In this document: piece after piece, positions 14,318 through 23,734 of the stretch
Layout: each line of letters opens with the position of its first letter
Position numbering within the stretch: the stretch's first letter is position 1
Virus record (IMG/VR): IMGVR_UViG_3300015607_002427
DNA from: a virus
Length of the DNA stretch: 64,000 nucleotides
Strand: one strand, 5' to 3'
The notes under the pieces: generated by a model
The model's database searches: none
What the model was told of the DNA's origin: nothing
Seen by the model: the letters and a program-made list of their open reading frames with translations, nothing else
Position numbers and translations under genes: made by a program

Positions 14318-14956
14318 TTAGTGGTGGTGTAGGTCTTTGTAAATTAGAGCACCATACATGGCCTCTTTTTCGAATTTGTAATCGCTTTCGTCCAAATCAT
14401 CATAGTCGTCTTCTCGGTCTGCCCATCTACGACGCGCAGCGGCAACTGCCCATCTTGGAGTATCCTCGTCGAAGTCATCATCCCAACTGCGTTCTATTCT
14501 GTCACCAATTCGTTCGTACTCGAATAACACAGAGTCTACAAAATCGGCAAAAACTTTTTCAGCTTCTTCTCGAGTGAAATCGAATTTCATTCCTCTAAAT
14601 GACACTGAATACTTTCCCGGCTCGTTTGATTTTCTTACGAGCATTTCCGCAGATTTTGGAACAATATATGCCTGTTCCCAGTTCCCATCGTATCCTGCAA
14701 CAAGAAGGATGACTTTCTCGTTTTCGACATGGTCAAGAATTTCAGAGGTCTCAGCTAAGCAGCGACCGTGGTCATCAAATAGGGACGAATTACCATCCAT
14801 CAATAGGCCATTATGATAGTCCATAACACCTTCACTGAAATCATAATCGATATCCGCTTTAATTTCTTTTCCTGCGTTCTTAAGGATAGAAAGCAATGCA
14901 TGCTCTTGTTGAACAGGCGAATCTTCTTTTACGGATAAAAGCGAAGTCAACTTCAT
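14318..14956 (-). CDS. acidic hypothetical protein
   Basis: MKLTSLLSVKE start, preceded by AATAAATA late promoter. Confidence 0.75.
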   Translation of the reverse strand: MKLTSLLSVKEDSPVQQEHALLSILKNAGKEIKADIDYDFSEGVMDYHNGLLMDGNSSLFDDHGRCLAETSEILDHVENEKVILLVAGYDGNWEQAYIVPKSAEMLVRKSNEPGKYSVSFRGMKFDFTREEAEKVFADFVDSVLFEYERIGDRIERSWDDDFDEDTPRWAVAAARRRWADREDDYDDLDESDYKFEKEAMYGALIYKDLHHH

Positions 14957-15014
14957 GGGAATTCCAAATAGGGAAAAGGGTACTAATAACGATTATTTAT
15001 TAGTACCCTTGAGT

Positions 15015-15407
15015 TTAATCCCAATACCACCAAATTCCATCAATTCCCTTCTTAGTAGAAAGGAGAAGATTTTCTTCTTCGCCGTTCTTGAGAGCCATGA
15101 TAAGCTCCATCTTATTCTTGTTGCGAAGATACCAGCGAGAAAACTCTTTAGCTGGCTGCTTGCCATCCCAATTATCTGGGGTTTCAGCATGGTATTTTAC
15201 CTCAATTCTCTTGAGGATTTCTTCAGCAGAAAGACCGTGATACTTGCCAAAGTTTTTACAGTGGCGGCTCCATGAAGATTCAGGATTTCCCTGAAGCATC
15301 ATCATCCAATCGTTATCGTGGATGTCGCAAGAAGTATGTGTTTGAAAAAAGCAGTCAACGTAGTACTTCTTGTTCCAGGCTTTTTTGCGACGATATGTGC
15401 GTGACAT
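15015..15407 (-). CDS. hypothetical protein
   Basis: MSRTYRRK start after GGAGG. Confidence 0.7.
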   Translation of the reverse strand: MSRTYRRKKAWNKKYYVDCFFQTHTSCDIHDNDWMMMLQGNPESSWSRHCKNFGKYHGLSAEEILKRIEVKYHAETPDNWDGKQPAKEFSRWYLRNKNKMELIMALKNGEEENLLLSTKKGIDGIWWYWD

Positions 15408-15472
15408 TTTGACCTCCGTGTTGTAATGTACACGGTCGGTCGTCATAGTTTAGGTAGAAAATAGCGTTCATT

Positions 15473-15709
15473 TTATCTTACTCCAAAGCGTTCTTTAATG
15501 ACATTCTTTGCAAGATCTAGCCCACTAATATGGGTTAAAACATGTGACTTAAACTGCATTGCGATTTCGCCTTCGATCGTGTGAATACACTCTTTGACGA
15601 TAAGCTCGGCAAATTTGTCTTCATCAAGATCGTAGTAGTTTCCGCCTAGACCCTCACCGGTTACGGTCTGCGCTTTTTGTTTGAGCTCTTTCAGCTTAGC
15701 CTTGTTCAT
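15473..15709 (-). CDS. hypothetical protein
   Basis: ORF with the EKFAELIVKEC-type pattern seen in small phage proteins. Confidence 0.7.
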   Translation of the reverse strand: MNKAKLKELKQKAQTVTGEGLGGNYYDLDEDKFAELIVKECIHTIEGEIAMQFKSHVLTHISGLDLAKNVIKERFGVR

Positions 15710-16044
15710 TATTTATATTCTTCCCACATCTTTTTGCAATGTTCTTGATATTCTTCATACGTCAAGAACATGATTTTTCCAAAGCAATCCAACGTATGAC
15801 CGATGTCAGAACCCCAATGAAACGGAGTTTTTCCCTCAGACATCATATTGCTGACACAATTGTCCTGCCCAGCTCCAACACCCTGACCAACTTCAACAAT
15901 CGTCAAAGTTCCCATTACGTCACGAATCTCGTAAACAGTGTTTGGTTTCAGAACACCTTTTGCACTCGCGAACAAAGAGCCAACAAAAAGGCCATCGCCC
16001 TCGCCTTGAAGACGAGTAACAAACCTAGCAACAGGCTTAATCAT
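15709..16044 (-). CDS. hypothetical protein
   Basis: Start at MIKPVAR after GGAG, coupled to upstream ORF. Confidence 0.65.
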   Translation of the reverse strand: MIKPVARFVTRLQGEGDGLFVGSLFASAKGVLKPNTVYEIRDVMGTLTIVEVGQGVGAGQDNCVSNMMSEGKTPFHWGSDIGHTLDCFGKIMFLTYEEYQEHCKKMWEEYK

Positions 16045-16231
16045 CGCTCCACTCCCCCTTATGATGGATGGCATCTTCGATTGAAATATAACCACCGACC
16101 TTATGACCATCACTGAACTGGGCATAACAGTGAGTATCTTCCAACTCACCACCAACGTAAATGCCCTTTTCAATCAGGGTTACGTTGCCGATTTTCAACT
16201 TGCGGGTAATGCGGGTGGAACGCCTTGACAT
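16037..16231 (-). CDS. hypothetical protein
   Basis: GAGGAG RBS, ORF. Confidence 0.65.
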   Translation of the reverse strand: MSRRSTRITRKLKIGNVTLIEKGIYVGGELEDTHCYAQFSDGHKVGGYISIEDAIHHKGEWSDD

Positions 16232-16266
16232 CTTTTTCTCCTCATCTGATTTAGAGAAATTATACT

Positions 16267-16914
16267 TCAGTTTTCGGAAGAAGTAAACAATGAGCGCAAA
16301 TCTTTTGCCATCTTAGCCATTTCACTTTTCGCAGTACCGCCTGCCCAAGCAAATGCGAACTTAAACCAATCAGTAGAGAACTTAGGAACTTCACTACCAA
16401 AAACAGATTGATAAATTTGATAATGCGCGGTATCCCCACTCAAAACCTTGGTGAATGGAATCTCGTTGTAATCCAACATTCGGATGATTGATGCATCGAT
16501 TTCTCGAGCTTCATCTTCAGTTTGATTCCGACCTGTGGGATCGTAAGGATGGTTACGTTCAATGAAGAAGTTGTAGTTTTCGTAGGTGTCCCAAAGCTCA
16601 AAAATCAAATCTTCAAAAGTATTTGGGAGATAATCAGGAGTCTTGTAGTGAATACCCAAAAGAATTGGAGAATCTGAAACTACCCATTCAACCTGATCTT
16701 TCAGACGATCAAGGCGACGGTTCTGATTAGCGAGAACAAAGAGTTGATCAGAAAGGGCGCTGAAATTCTTTTCCCAAGTTTTATCTTTCGCAAACTCAGT
16801 TACTTCCTCAACGTCCTTTTTGTTCTTCTTCATCAAACCAAAAAGATCAGCACGAAGAGTAGACTTACCGGCACCCGGGCCAGCAAATAGGTTTATTACT
16901 TTTAGCTTTGCCAT
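16267..16914 (-). CDS. P-loop NTPase/kinase (NadR/AAA_28-like)
   Basis: Walker A GPGAGKST; EFAK; V.SDSP; GRNQT. Confidence 0.75.
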   Translation of the reverse strand: MAKLKVINLFAGPGAGKSTLRADLFGLMKKNKKDVEEVTEFAKDKTWEKNFSALSDQLFVLANQNRRLDRLKDQVEWVVSDSPILLGIHYKTPDYLPNTFEDLIFELWDTYENYNFFIERNHPYDPTGRNQTEDEAREIDASIIRMLDYNEIPFTKVLSGDTAHYQIYQSVFGSEVPKFSTDWFKFAFAWAGGTAKSEMAKMAKDLRSLFTSSEN

Positions 16915-16923
16915 TCTTTTACC

Positions 16924-17205
16924 TTAGTCTTTTGTATCATTGTCGTACTTTTGAGCAAAGTACTCTTGTTGTTCTATTGTTACGGGATATTGTTTATCAG
17001 CAACCATTGCATTAAACATCGCTCGATATGGATTGTCAAGTTCAGTCACTTCAGAAAATTGAACAAAAAACGTGGGAAAATGTATGGTTGCATCATTTTC
17101 CCACGCATCGATATGGCGAATTACAAATTTAGTAACAAGCCAATCGAGTATTTCTATCTTTTGTTCGTCTGAAATATGAACCGACTGCGGGGTCTTCGGT
17201 TCCAT
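16924..17205 (-). CDS. hypothetical protein
   Basis: ORF in gene run. Confidence 0.65.
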   Translation of the reverse strand: MEPKTPQSVHISDEQKIEILDWLVTKFVIRHIDAWENDATIHFPTFFVQFSEVTELDNPYRAMFNAMVADKQYPVTIEQQEYFAQKYDNDTKD

Positions 17206-17213
17206 GTTTAAAA

Positions 17214-17522
17214 TTAGCTATGTAGTACACTACCGGATGTCGCTAGCTGAATTCCAGACGTTTGCGATAGGTAACCATCAACCACTTCCTTGTCGGTCTC
17301 AGCCAAGCACATCACTTGAGCGATGCTGACTTCAAGGGTACCATGTTTCTTTGAGTGAATCCAAGGAATTAAACCAAGACCAAAGCCGCCGCCTGGCGCT
17401 GGCATAACTTGAAGAACTAATGGGGATTCAATAGTGAATACACCAGTGTCTTCATCTACTTCAATTAGTTTACAAATGACTTCTTCGCCTGAGACCATTT
17501 TTAGAGTTGTTATTTCGGCCAT
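17214..17522 (-). CDS. Sm-like-fold protein of T4-like phages
   Basis: LKMVSGEEVIC...L.PW...Y pattern. Confidence 0.65.
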   Translation of the reverse strand: MAEITTLKMVSGEEVICKLIEVDEDTGVFTIESPLVLQVMPAPGGGFGLGLIPWIHSKKHGTLEVSIAQVMCLAETDKEVVDGYLSQTSGIQLATSGSVLHS

Positions 17523-17532
17523 TTTGTGTTCC

Positions 17533-17880
17533 TTATTCTATTTTTTGTGTGGATAAAAAATTGCGAATGTGCGTAAATGTTTTAGTCATCGCACGATTCT
17601 TTATTGCTAATTGATCATACGACAATTTCTCATATTGAGGTGCCCAAATCAGATAGAAATCGAGAAAGCTAGTCATGGCGTTGTAGAGTTCTTGGTACTC
17701 ATAATACTGTCGCCTGACTTTTTCATCGAAATCCGAATCCTCATGAAGCATCGTTTGAGTGATGACTTCAGAGATTGGATGAAGATCGTCGATTCGATCC
17801 TCGATTGCGTCCAAAACCTTACCAACCATAGACTTGTAAATCTTGAATGGTGCGTATTCGTTAATTTGAAACCCATCCAT
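17533..17880 (-). CDS. hypothetical protein
   Basis: AAGGAG RBS before MDGFQ. Confidence 0.65.
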   Translation of the reverse strand: MDGFQINEYAPFKIYKSMVGKVLDAIEDRIDDLHPISEVITQTMLHEDSDFDEKVRRQYYEYQELYNAMTSFLDFYLIWAPQYEKLSYDQLAIKNRAMTKTFTHIRNFLSTQKIE

Positions 17881-17890
17881 TTCATTCTCC

Positions 17891-18394
17891 TTAATACAGT
17901 CGACGAGGATTGTTGAGGTACTGTTGCTGCTCGCGAGAGATAATCTCATCAATTGCAAGAGTTTCCGGACTTTGGTATTTACTCATAATCGCGCTCTTAT
18001 ATTGACACGTTCCAGTGTCGCAATTGCGGACAACTTCAAACCAAACGTCATGCGGAAATTGAGCAACAGTCAAAATCGTAAATTGCTGCCGACCATTAGT
18101 AAATGTGGTTGCATAGTACTTTGGGGTTTCACCAACCAAGAAACAGCGGGTATTTCCATTGTCAAGTTGGTAACATTCCTTGTTGTACTTCTGATTCTTT
18201 CCGTAATAAGGAGAAGATTGAACCACATTCACCAGAAGAGTTTCATCGTTTGCGAAAGCAGGTTTGGTAACAAAAAGGGCGATGATAAGAACCACCGCCC
18301 AAAAAATTACTGCGTGAATAAAACCCTTAGAAAGATTCATCTTGTTGATATCGGTAGTCATCATAATCTCCTCATCAATTACCATTTGAGTCAA
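17891..18394 (-). CDS. exported/membrane-anchored hypothetical protein
   Basis: Hydrophobic segment ending PAFA; early promoter upstream. Confidence 0.65.
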   Translation of the reverse strand: MTQMVIDEEIMMTTDINKMNLSKGFIHAVIFWAVVLIIALFVTKPAFANDETLLVNVVQSSPYYGKNQKYNKECYQLDNGNTRCFLVGETPKYYATTFTNGRQQFTILTVAQFPHDVWFEVVRNCDTGTCQYKSAIMSKYQSPETLAIDEIISREQQQYLNNPRRLY

Positions 18395-18427
18395 TTATAA
18401 ACCGAATCTTCAAGATTGTAAACAACT

Positions 18428-18751
18428 TTAGTAAGTTGCTTCTATAGCTTCGCGGATTTGTTCAAACTCTGGCTTCGTCACCTTACGTTTGATTTCCAAA
18501 CAGTTGGTTGCGAACGTTGCGGACATCATGCGAATAGTCTTAGGGTTAAATCCATTCATCACCCGAACCTTCAGGGAATTTGGATTTTCTGCGACTGCTG
18601 AGTTAATCGCAACAAACACTTCCAGTTCGCCAGAGCGCTTAGATGGAACTGGATAAAAGCTATCGCTAAAAATAGCTAGTGCGGCTGGTTTAAGTGCCGC
18701 AACAAACCATTCGTTTTGCTGTTCTAAACGGGGTGGAGCCTTTTTACGCAT
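18428..18751 (-). CDS. hypothetical protein
   Basis: ORF coupled to upstream gene. Confidence 0.65.
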   Translation of the reverse strand: MRKKAPPRLEQQNEWFVAALKPAALAIFSDSFYPVPSKRSGELEVFVAINSAVAENPNSLKVRVMNGFNPKTIRMMSATFATNCLEIKRKVTKPEFEQIREAIEATY

Positions 18752-19195
18752 TAAAACCTCTTATCATTGTTGGCGCGATTGATTGATAAATTTCAAGGAA
18801 TCTTTCAGCTGTGTTCGCGGTCTTAAACACCGTCGCTAGATCAATATCAAAAATGATGTCATCCAACGTCGTTCCTCTTGCTGCAATAGGCAAAGAACTA
18901 AACGAAGTAAATGAAATGAATTTTTCACCAGTGCATGACTCAAATCTAATCATGTTTGGGTTGTTGACGGTTATTTCGATGCCTAGTTCAGGTCTGGCGG
19001 ACTTGAGCTTTTCAGTGAAGAGCCTACGAGAATAATCTAACATTTGGCTATTTTGACAAACAAAGAGAATCCTAGATGGACCTGAAACATCCATTAGCCG
19101 ATTTAGAGTTTCCTTGACAGCTTCAGTAGTTTTGCCATTTTGCCGCTGACAAAGCTCAGCTAGATGTGCAAAACTTTAAAGTCTAGATACTTCAT
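18744..19195 (-). pseudogene. terminase-ATPase-like small protein with apparent frameshift near its start
   Basis: Frame of ORF 18744..19094 extends upstream through RQNGKT; RGTTLDDIIFD Walker-B-like; ATG at 19195 is one base out of frame. Confidence 0.5.
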
Positions 19196-19225
19196 GTTTT
19201 ATTCTTATTTTTGGAAGTATGGGAA

Positions 19226-19575
19226 GGTGGGTGGAATTGGGTTATAAGGCTCCACCCGCGAGTACTAACCTAAGTTAGACCCTGCCCCAGCTTTTGCAGG
19301 TTATTAAGCTGCTACAGCGAATTGAGAATCGTTTGCAGATACTCTTTTTCTTCCACTAACGCAGGTTGCCCTCGAGTCGTTCCAATCATGTTACTTATGC
19401 CATGTCGAAGCCTGTCGACCCCATTAAAAGAAAACCTGAATCTCAGTAGCCCGTATGTCTCTGAGGGGCGTCATTTCTGATTCGGCCACCGTATGCATCC
19501 GGCTCAAGTTTTCTTTTGGTGGAGTCGAGGGGAATCGAACCCCTTTCCACAACACTTTCCCAATCAAAGTCTCAG
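19226..19575 (-). ncRNA. ssrA: two-piece (circularly permuted) tmRNA
   Basis: Acceptor piece ...GGGGTTCGATTCCCCTCGACTCCACCA (ends 19517) precedes coding piece GGGGTCGACAGG (starts 19422); tag ANDSQFAVAA** at 19304-19336; outer ends approximate. Confidence 0.92.
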
Positions 19576-19751
19576 GTATTTCTACCCATACGACTATAAA
19601 AACTCTTGGTCGTTCTTTCGATCTTCTTCCCAATTATCCCAGTTATAATGGAAGATAGAATAAATCCAAAATCCTACCAAACCAATGATAACTGCAACAA
19701 CGAGAAAACTTTCTACTTGCTCTACCATGAAAAGAATTATATCACTATTTA

Positions 19752-20147
19752 TTAGCGTTGTAAACTGTTTTGTATCTTTTTTATCTTGTCAGCCAAAGTT
19801 TCTGGGGTGAATGGCTTTACGATATAAGAACTTGCTCCAGCCTGAGCGGCAGCAATAATGTTTTCTTTCTTTGCTTCTGCTGTAACCATTAGAACAGGAA
19901 TGTGCGCAGTTTTTGGGTTACGTTTAAGAGCACGAAGCATTTCAAGTCCGTCCATGTTTGGCATATTCCAATCTGAGACAATCAGAGTTATTGACTCTGA
20001 AAGGTTCTCAGCTGTCGAATATCCTTTTGCTCCGTCTTCTGCTTCAACAATGTTAGTAAATCCTGCCTCCTTTAGGCAGGCAACTATAATTCGGCGCATT
20101 GTTGCGAAATCGTCTACTACGAGAACTTGCTTACGTGGATCTATCAT
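19752..20147 (-). CDS. cheY: CheY-like response regulator
   Basis: VVDDFATMRRI, DWNMPNMDGLE, VLMVTAEAKKENIIAAAQAGAS.YIVKPF. Confidence 0.92.
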   Translation of the reverse strand: MIDPRKQVLVVDDFATMRRIIVACLKEAGFTNIVEAEDGAKGYSTAENLSESITLIVSDWNMPNMDGLEMLRALKRNPKTAHIPVLMVTAEAKKENIIAAAQAGASSYIVKPFTPETLADKIKKIQNSLQR

Positions 20148-20409
20148 GTGGGGTGTATCGAAGGTAAATTCCTAAAATGTTATTTACACAGTCTTGACAA
20201 AAATCACCTTCTATTTTTGTTCCTGCGCCAAAAATAGATCCAAATCCACCTTCCATCCGTATGTGCAGCATTTCATTGGCTTCTGATCGTTCTAAAGGAT
20301 CATCAGCATTTGGGTGAAAGGATTCTCCGCACTTGTCGCAAACAAACGCATCAATAACTTCAGTAGGTCTTAGAATCTTTTTAGTTTTTTCCATGATAGT
20401 TCTGTTCAA
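20131..20409 (-). CDS. small Zn-binding hypothetical protein
   Basis: CDKC...GFGSIFG...CQDC. Confidence 0.65.
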   Translation of the reverse strand: MNRTIMEKTKKILRPTEVIDAFVCDKCGESFHPNADDPLERSEANEMLHIRMEGGFGSIFGAGTKIEGDFCQDCVNNILGIYLRYTPHDRST

Positions 20410-21079
20410 ATAGTTCTTTTAACCAATTGAAATCATTTACCTTTTGAAGGGCTTCAGTATTGCCTTTGAATTTATTTCCGTATTCCATTCCAAGTTTTGC
20501 TCCGTCGAGAACAAAGGAAGAATAGTACGCGTTAGGATTAGCAACGCTTGTCCAAACTCTTAGGCGGCTTTCTGTCTCGTTGTCAATTTGTCCAACTACA
20601 GATTTACTTGACAATTTGGCACATTCTCTAAATGCTCCACGCCAAGCGCGGAATTCATCTGAGTTGAAATACGTAAATGATACGACTTCGTCGATATACT
20701 TTACATCCGTAGTTAACGATGTGGAAAAGTCTACTACATTTTCTTCTAGATTCTTGAAGAACTTCTTTGAGAATAGCTTCACTCCACCGTAACCGTATTC
20801 TAGACCATTTACTGGGTTCCTAGCTTTCCAAATATGGACGTAATCCTGGTCCCACTTCGGTGGCTTAAATGTAAAATCAAATGACGGAAAAACTTCAGTG
20901 TCGCCGTCAATTACATAGAACAGTCGTGTTTCAGCCAGGTCTGCTGCGGCTTTATGCGCGTTTGCGATACCCTTTACACCGTGAACCCGCTTAGCATACG
21001 GAAATTTTTCCTTTAGTAGGTTAAAGTTTATGTCCGCATTCGGTTCATCATACGAAAGAAAAATTATATCAAGAGCCAT
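20381..21079 (-). CDS. glycosyltransferase-like (GT-A, DxD) hypothetical protein
   Basis: IFLSYDEP...AH..AA...FYVIDGD. Confidence 0.6.
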   Translation of the reverse strand: MALDIIFLSYDEPNADINFNLLKEKFPYAKRVHGVKGIANAHKAAADLAETRLFYVIDGDTEVFPSFDFTFKPPKWDQDYVHIWKARNPVNGLEYGYGGVKLFSKKFFKNLEENVVDFSTSLTTDVKYIDEVVSFTYFNSDEFRAWRGAFRECAKLSSKSVVGQIDNETESRLRVWTSVANPNAYYSSFVLDGAKLGMEYGNKFKGNTEALQKVNDFNWLKELFEQNYHGKN

Positions 21080-21314
21080 TGTTGTCTTGTGGTGATAGTG
21101 GTTGAGGATCTAAATATTTATTTACCTCATATCGACACCCGTTTAAAGCTCTACGAGTGACATCAATTTCGTCATTAAGCTTTTCAATTCGCTTAGTAGA
21201 CTTATTGACAGCATCCACACTGTCAACTAAATGATCTTTCAATGTCGCATTTTCCCAAAATAGGTAGACAATGACGACAATTTGGACGCCAAGTATCGCT
21301 TTTAACAATTTCAC
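21069..21314 (-). CDS. membrane-anchored coiled-coil protein
   Basis: N-terminal TM segment then coiled coil. Confidence 0.6.
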   Translation of the reverse strand: MKLLKAILGVQIVVIVYLFWENATLKDHLVDSVDAVNKSTKRIEKLNDEIDVTRRALNGCRYEVNKYLDPQPLSPQDNNGS

Positions 21315-21316
21315 GT

Positions 21317-22780
21317 TTAAACTTTATATTCAGAATTTTTACAAAAATCAATAAAGTCATTTATCTCTAGTCCCCTAGAGAAATAATAACCTTGCGCCAA
21401 ATTACAATTCAAAGATTCCAAGAAATCTACTTGTTCTTTTGTTTCTACGCCTTCAGCAACCGATACACATTTTGAATTCTGAGCAAGGGTTATAATCGAA
21501 TTCACGATCATGTAGTCTTGCACAGTATCAATAGCATCATCAATAAATGTTTTATCAATCTTCAGTTCGTCGATTGGTAAATGTTTTAGATAAAAATACG
21601 AAGAATATCCGGTACCAAAATCGTCGACTGAAAGTTTTATTCCAAAAGTGTTAAGTAGAACTAGAGACTTTATCGTGTTTTCCAGATTTTTTACAATCGC
21701 AGTTTCAGTAACTTCAAAGATCAGTCGTTCTGGATTTACTCCATGCCAATCAATCATGGTAATAATCGCAGCAACGGTTTCTGGATCGGCCAGATTTTCA
21801 GCAGAGACGTTAATGCTAAGTGGAATGTCTATACCTTGATTGAGCATAGCATTATGATCTTTTAGTGCCTTCTCTAATACTACCAATAGAAGTTCATTGA
21901 TCATTCCCTCTTGTTCAGCAATCTGAATAAACTTGTCAGTCGGAACTAAGCCATGCTTTTCATGATTCCATCGACATAGACACTCAACGCCTGCAACTTT
22001 CTTAGTCTGCAAATTGATCTTTGGTTGATAGACCGTGAACAATTCCTTTTTAGCCAATGCTGAGCGGAGCTCATTGAGGATAATCAAATTTTCAAAGCTT
22101 GTTATTTCAAGATCCGGCGTAAATACGTGGAACCCAATCTTTTCACGCTTTGCAAAATACATTGCGGCGTCAGCATTCTTAATTAGGGTATCAACATCAC
22201 GACCATGTTGCCCTGAAATAGCCACACCAATACTTGCACCAAGATTTAGATCGTAATCATCGACTTTAAACGGCATTTCGATTACGCTAATGATTCTCTT
22301 ACAAAATGCTTGAATATCAAAGTTTTCAGATCTAATGATTATGCCGAATTCATCGCCGCCTAGTCTTGAGATGAGGTCATCACTTCTTAGGCAAGAAGAA
22401 AGTCGTTTTCCTACATCTTGCAGGAGTTTATCGCCAACACCATGACCGAGAGTATCATTGATCGTTTTAAATCGGTCAAGATCTAACAATAGAAAATGAA
22501 AACTCTTTTCTTCATTTAGCAATCTGATCACAGCGGCATGGTTAAATGCTCGATTATGAAGTCCAGTTAACTGATCGATAACTGATTTTCTATAGTATTT
22601 TGAAACCGTGTGATAATGGACCCAAGCGCCTAGAACTCGGAAAACACATGCGATAGCAAGGAAAGCAAGATTTACTGACATGTAGAAACCAATCGTCATC
22701 ACCGCAACTAGCAATGCTACATTTGGTATGGCCACTTCTCGAAAAAATTGCTTGCTAAAAATTTTCATCTCATGTTCCAT
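21317..22780 (-). CDS. membrane-anchored GGDEF-EAL c-di-GMP cyclase/phosphodiesterase
   Basis: DQLTGLHNR, DLDRFKTIND..GH..GD, RLGGDEF, ECLCRW, DDFGTGYSS, EGVE, QGYYF. Confidence 0.95.
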   Translation of the reverse strand: MEHEMKIFSKQFFREVAIPNVALLVAVMTIGFYMSVNLAFLAIACVFRVLGAWVHYHTVSKYYRKSVIDQLTGLHNRAFNHAAVIRLLNEEKSFHFLLLDLDRFKTINDTLGHGVGDKLLQDVGKRLSSCLRSDDLISRLGGDEFGIIIRSENFDIQAFCKRIISVIEMPFKVDDYDLNLGASIGVAISGQHGRDVDTLIKNADAAMYFAKREKIGFHVFTPDLEITSFENLIILNELRSALAKKELFTVYQPKINLQTKKVAGVECLCRWNHEKHGLVPTDKFIQIAEQEGMINELLLVVLEKALKDHNAMLNQGIDIPLSINVSAENLADPETVAAIITMIDWHGVNPERLIFEVTETAIVKNLENTIKSLVLLNTFGIKLSVDDFGTGYSSYFYLKHLPIDELKIDKTFIDDAIDTVQDYMIVNSIITLAQNSKCVSVAEGVETKEQVDFLESLNCNLAQGYYFSRGLEINDFIDFCKNSEYKV

Positions 22781-22798
22781 GCATTATTTACACGAAAA

Positions 22799-23734
22799 TT
22801 ACACCGTCAGTTCTTCCGTGAGCAACGTATTCCTATGAATTATAAAACGGATCTTTCCAATTGTAAACGAGTCATTGATCTTTTTCGAATGTAACCTCTT
22901 TCTAATTTCGTCAATTGCATCCTTCGACATATGCACACCAAACTTCAAGGCGATAAAGGTATGTAAAAGATTCCGCTGTCGTGGTTCAGACAAATTTAGC
23001 AGTTTCACCCGATCAATTCCGGTTTCACCCGAACCGCAAGATTGAATGTCAATATGGTAGAGGTCTTCAAGGAGCTCCGAGCACTCAGCCATGTTTTCCA
23101 TAGTCCTCTTCATAGAGGAATAGAACTTCTTCTTTCCAAAATGCTCGACGAACAGCGGGATGATCTTGTTGCGAATGAATCCGCGTGACAGTTTCGTGTT
23201 GTCGTTAGTAGAATCGTGCCCGTATAATATAGCAGCTGACTTCACTAACTGCTGGATTTCGGATTTTGAGATAGATAAGAGAGGGCGAAAAAGCGGGGTT
23301 TTGCCGGGATTTTCTAAGATTCCGCGCATACCTTTAGCTGAAGTTCCACGAGCTACTCGAAAAAGGAACGTCTCAACTGAGTCGTCCAAATGATGTGCAG
23401 TTAGTAGAGCTTCATTTGGTAGTAGGTCTTTCTCAAGGGCTTCATATCGTGCTTCACGTTCAGCGGCTTCAGTTCCTTTATCTTTCACCTGAGCCTGGTC
23501 AAGCGAAATCCTGAGGCATTTGATAGGAACCTCATACGTTTTTGCCCAATGTTCGCAGAAAATTCGGATGTTCTCGCCATCTTTAGAAGCTTTCGAGTCA
23601 GGATGGACGACATGAACGAGCCTGAAATTGTAGCCTTGTTCTTTGAGCAGATAGGCAAGAAGGGCAGAATCTGCCCCTCCAGAAAATGCTAAGACGTACC
23701 GAATTGATACGTCTTTAGGAAGATTTAGCTCCAT
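22799..23734 (-). CDS. tilS: tRNA(Ile)-lysidine synthetase
   Basis: SGGADS, E.A.REARY, TAHHLDDSVET, RPLL, DSTN. Confidence 0.92.
   Translation of the reverse strand: MELNLPKDVSIRYVLAFSGGADSALLAYLLKEQGYNFRLVHVVHPDSKASKDGENIRIFCEHWAKTYEVPIKCLRISLDQAQVKDKGTEAAEREARYEALEKDLLPNEALLTAHHLDDSVETFLFRVARGTSAKGMRGILENPGKTPLFRPLLSISKSEIQQLVKSAAILYGHDSTNDNTKLSRGFIRNKIIPLFVEHFGKKKFYSSMKRTMENMAECSELLEDLYHIDIQSCGSGETGIDRVKLLNLSEPRQRNLLHTFIALKFGVHMSKDAIDEIRKRLHSKKINDSFTIGKIRFIIHRNTLLTEELTV

Noticed and set aside
19424..19658. 69-aa and 67-aa ORFs
   Set aside because: They overlap the tmRNA acceptor piece and intervening segment.
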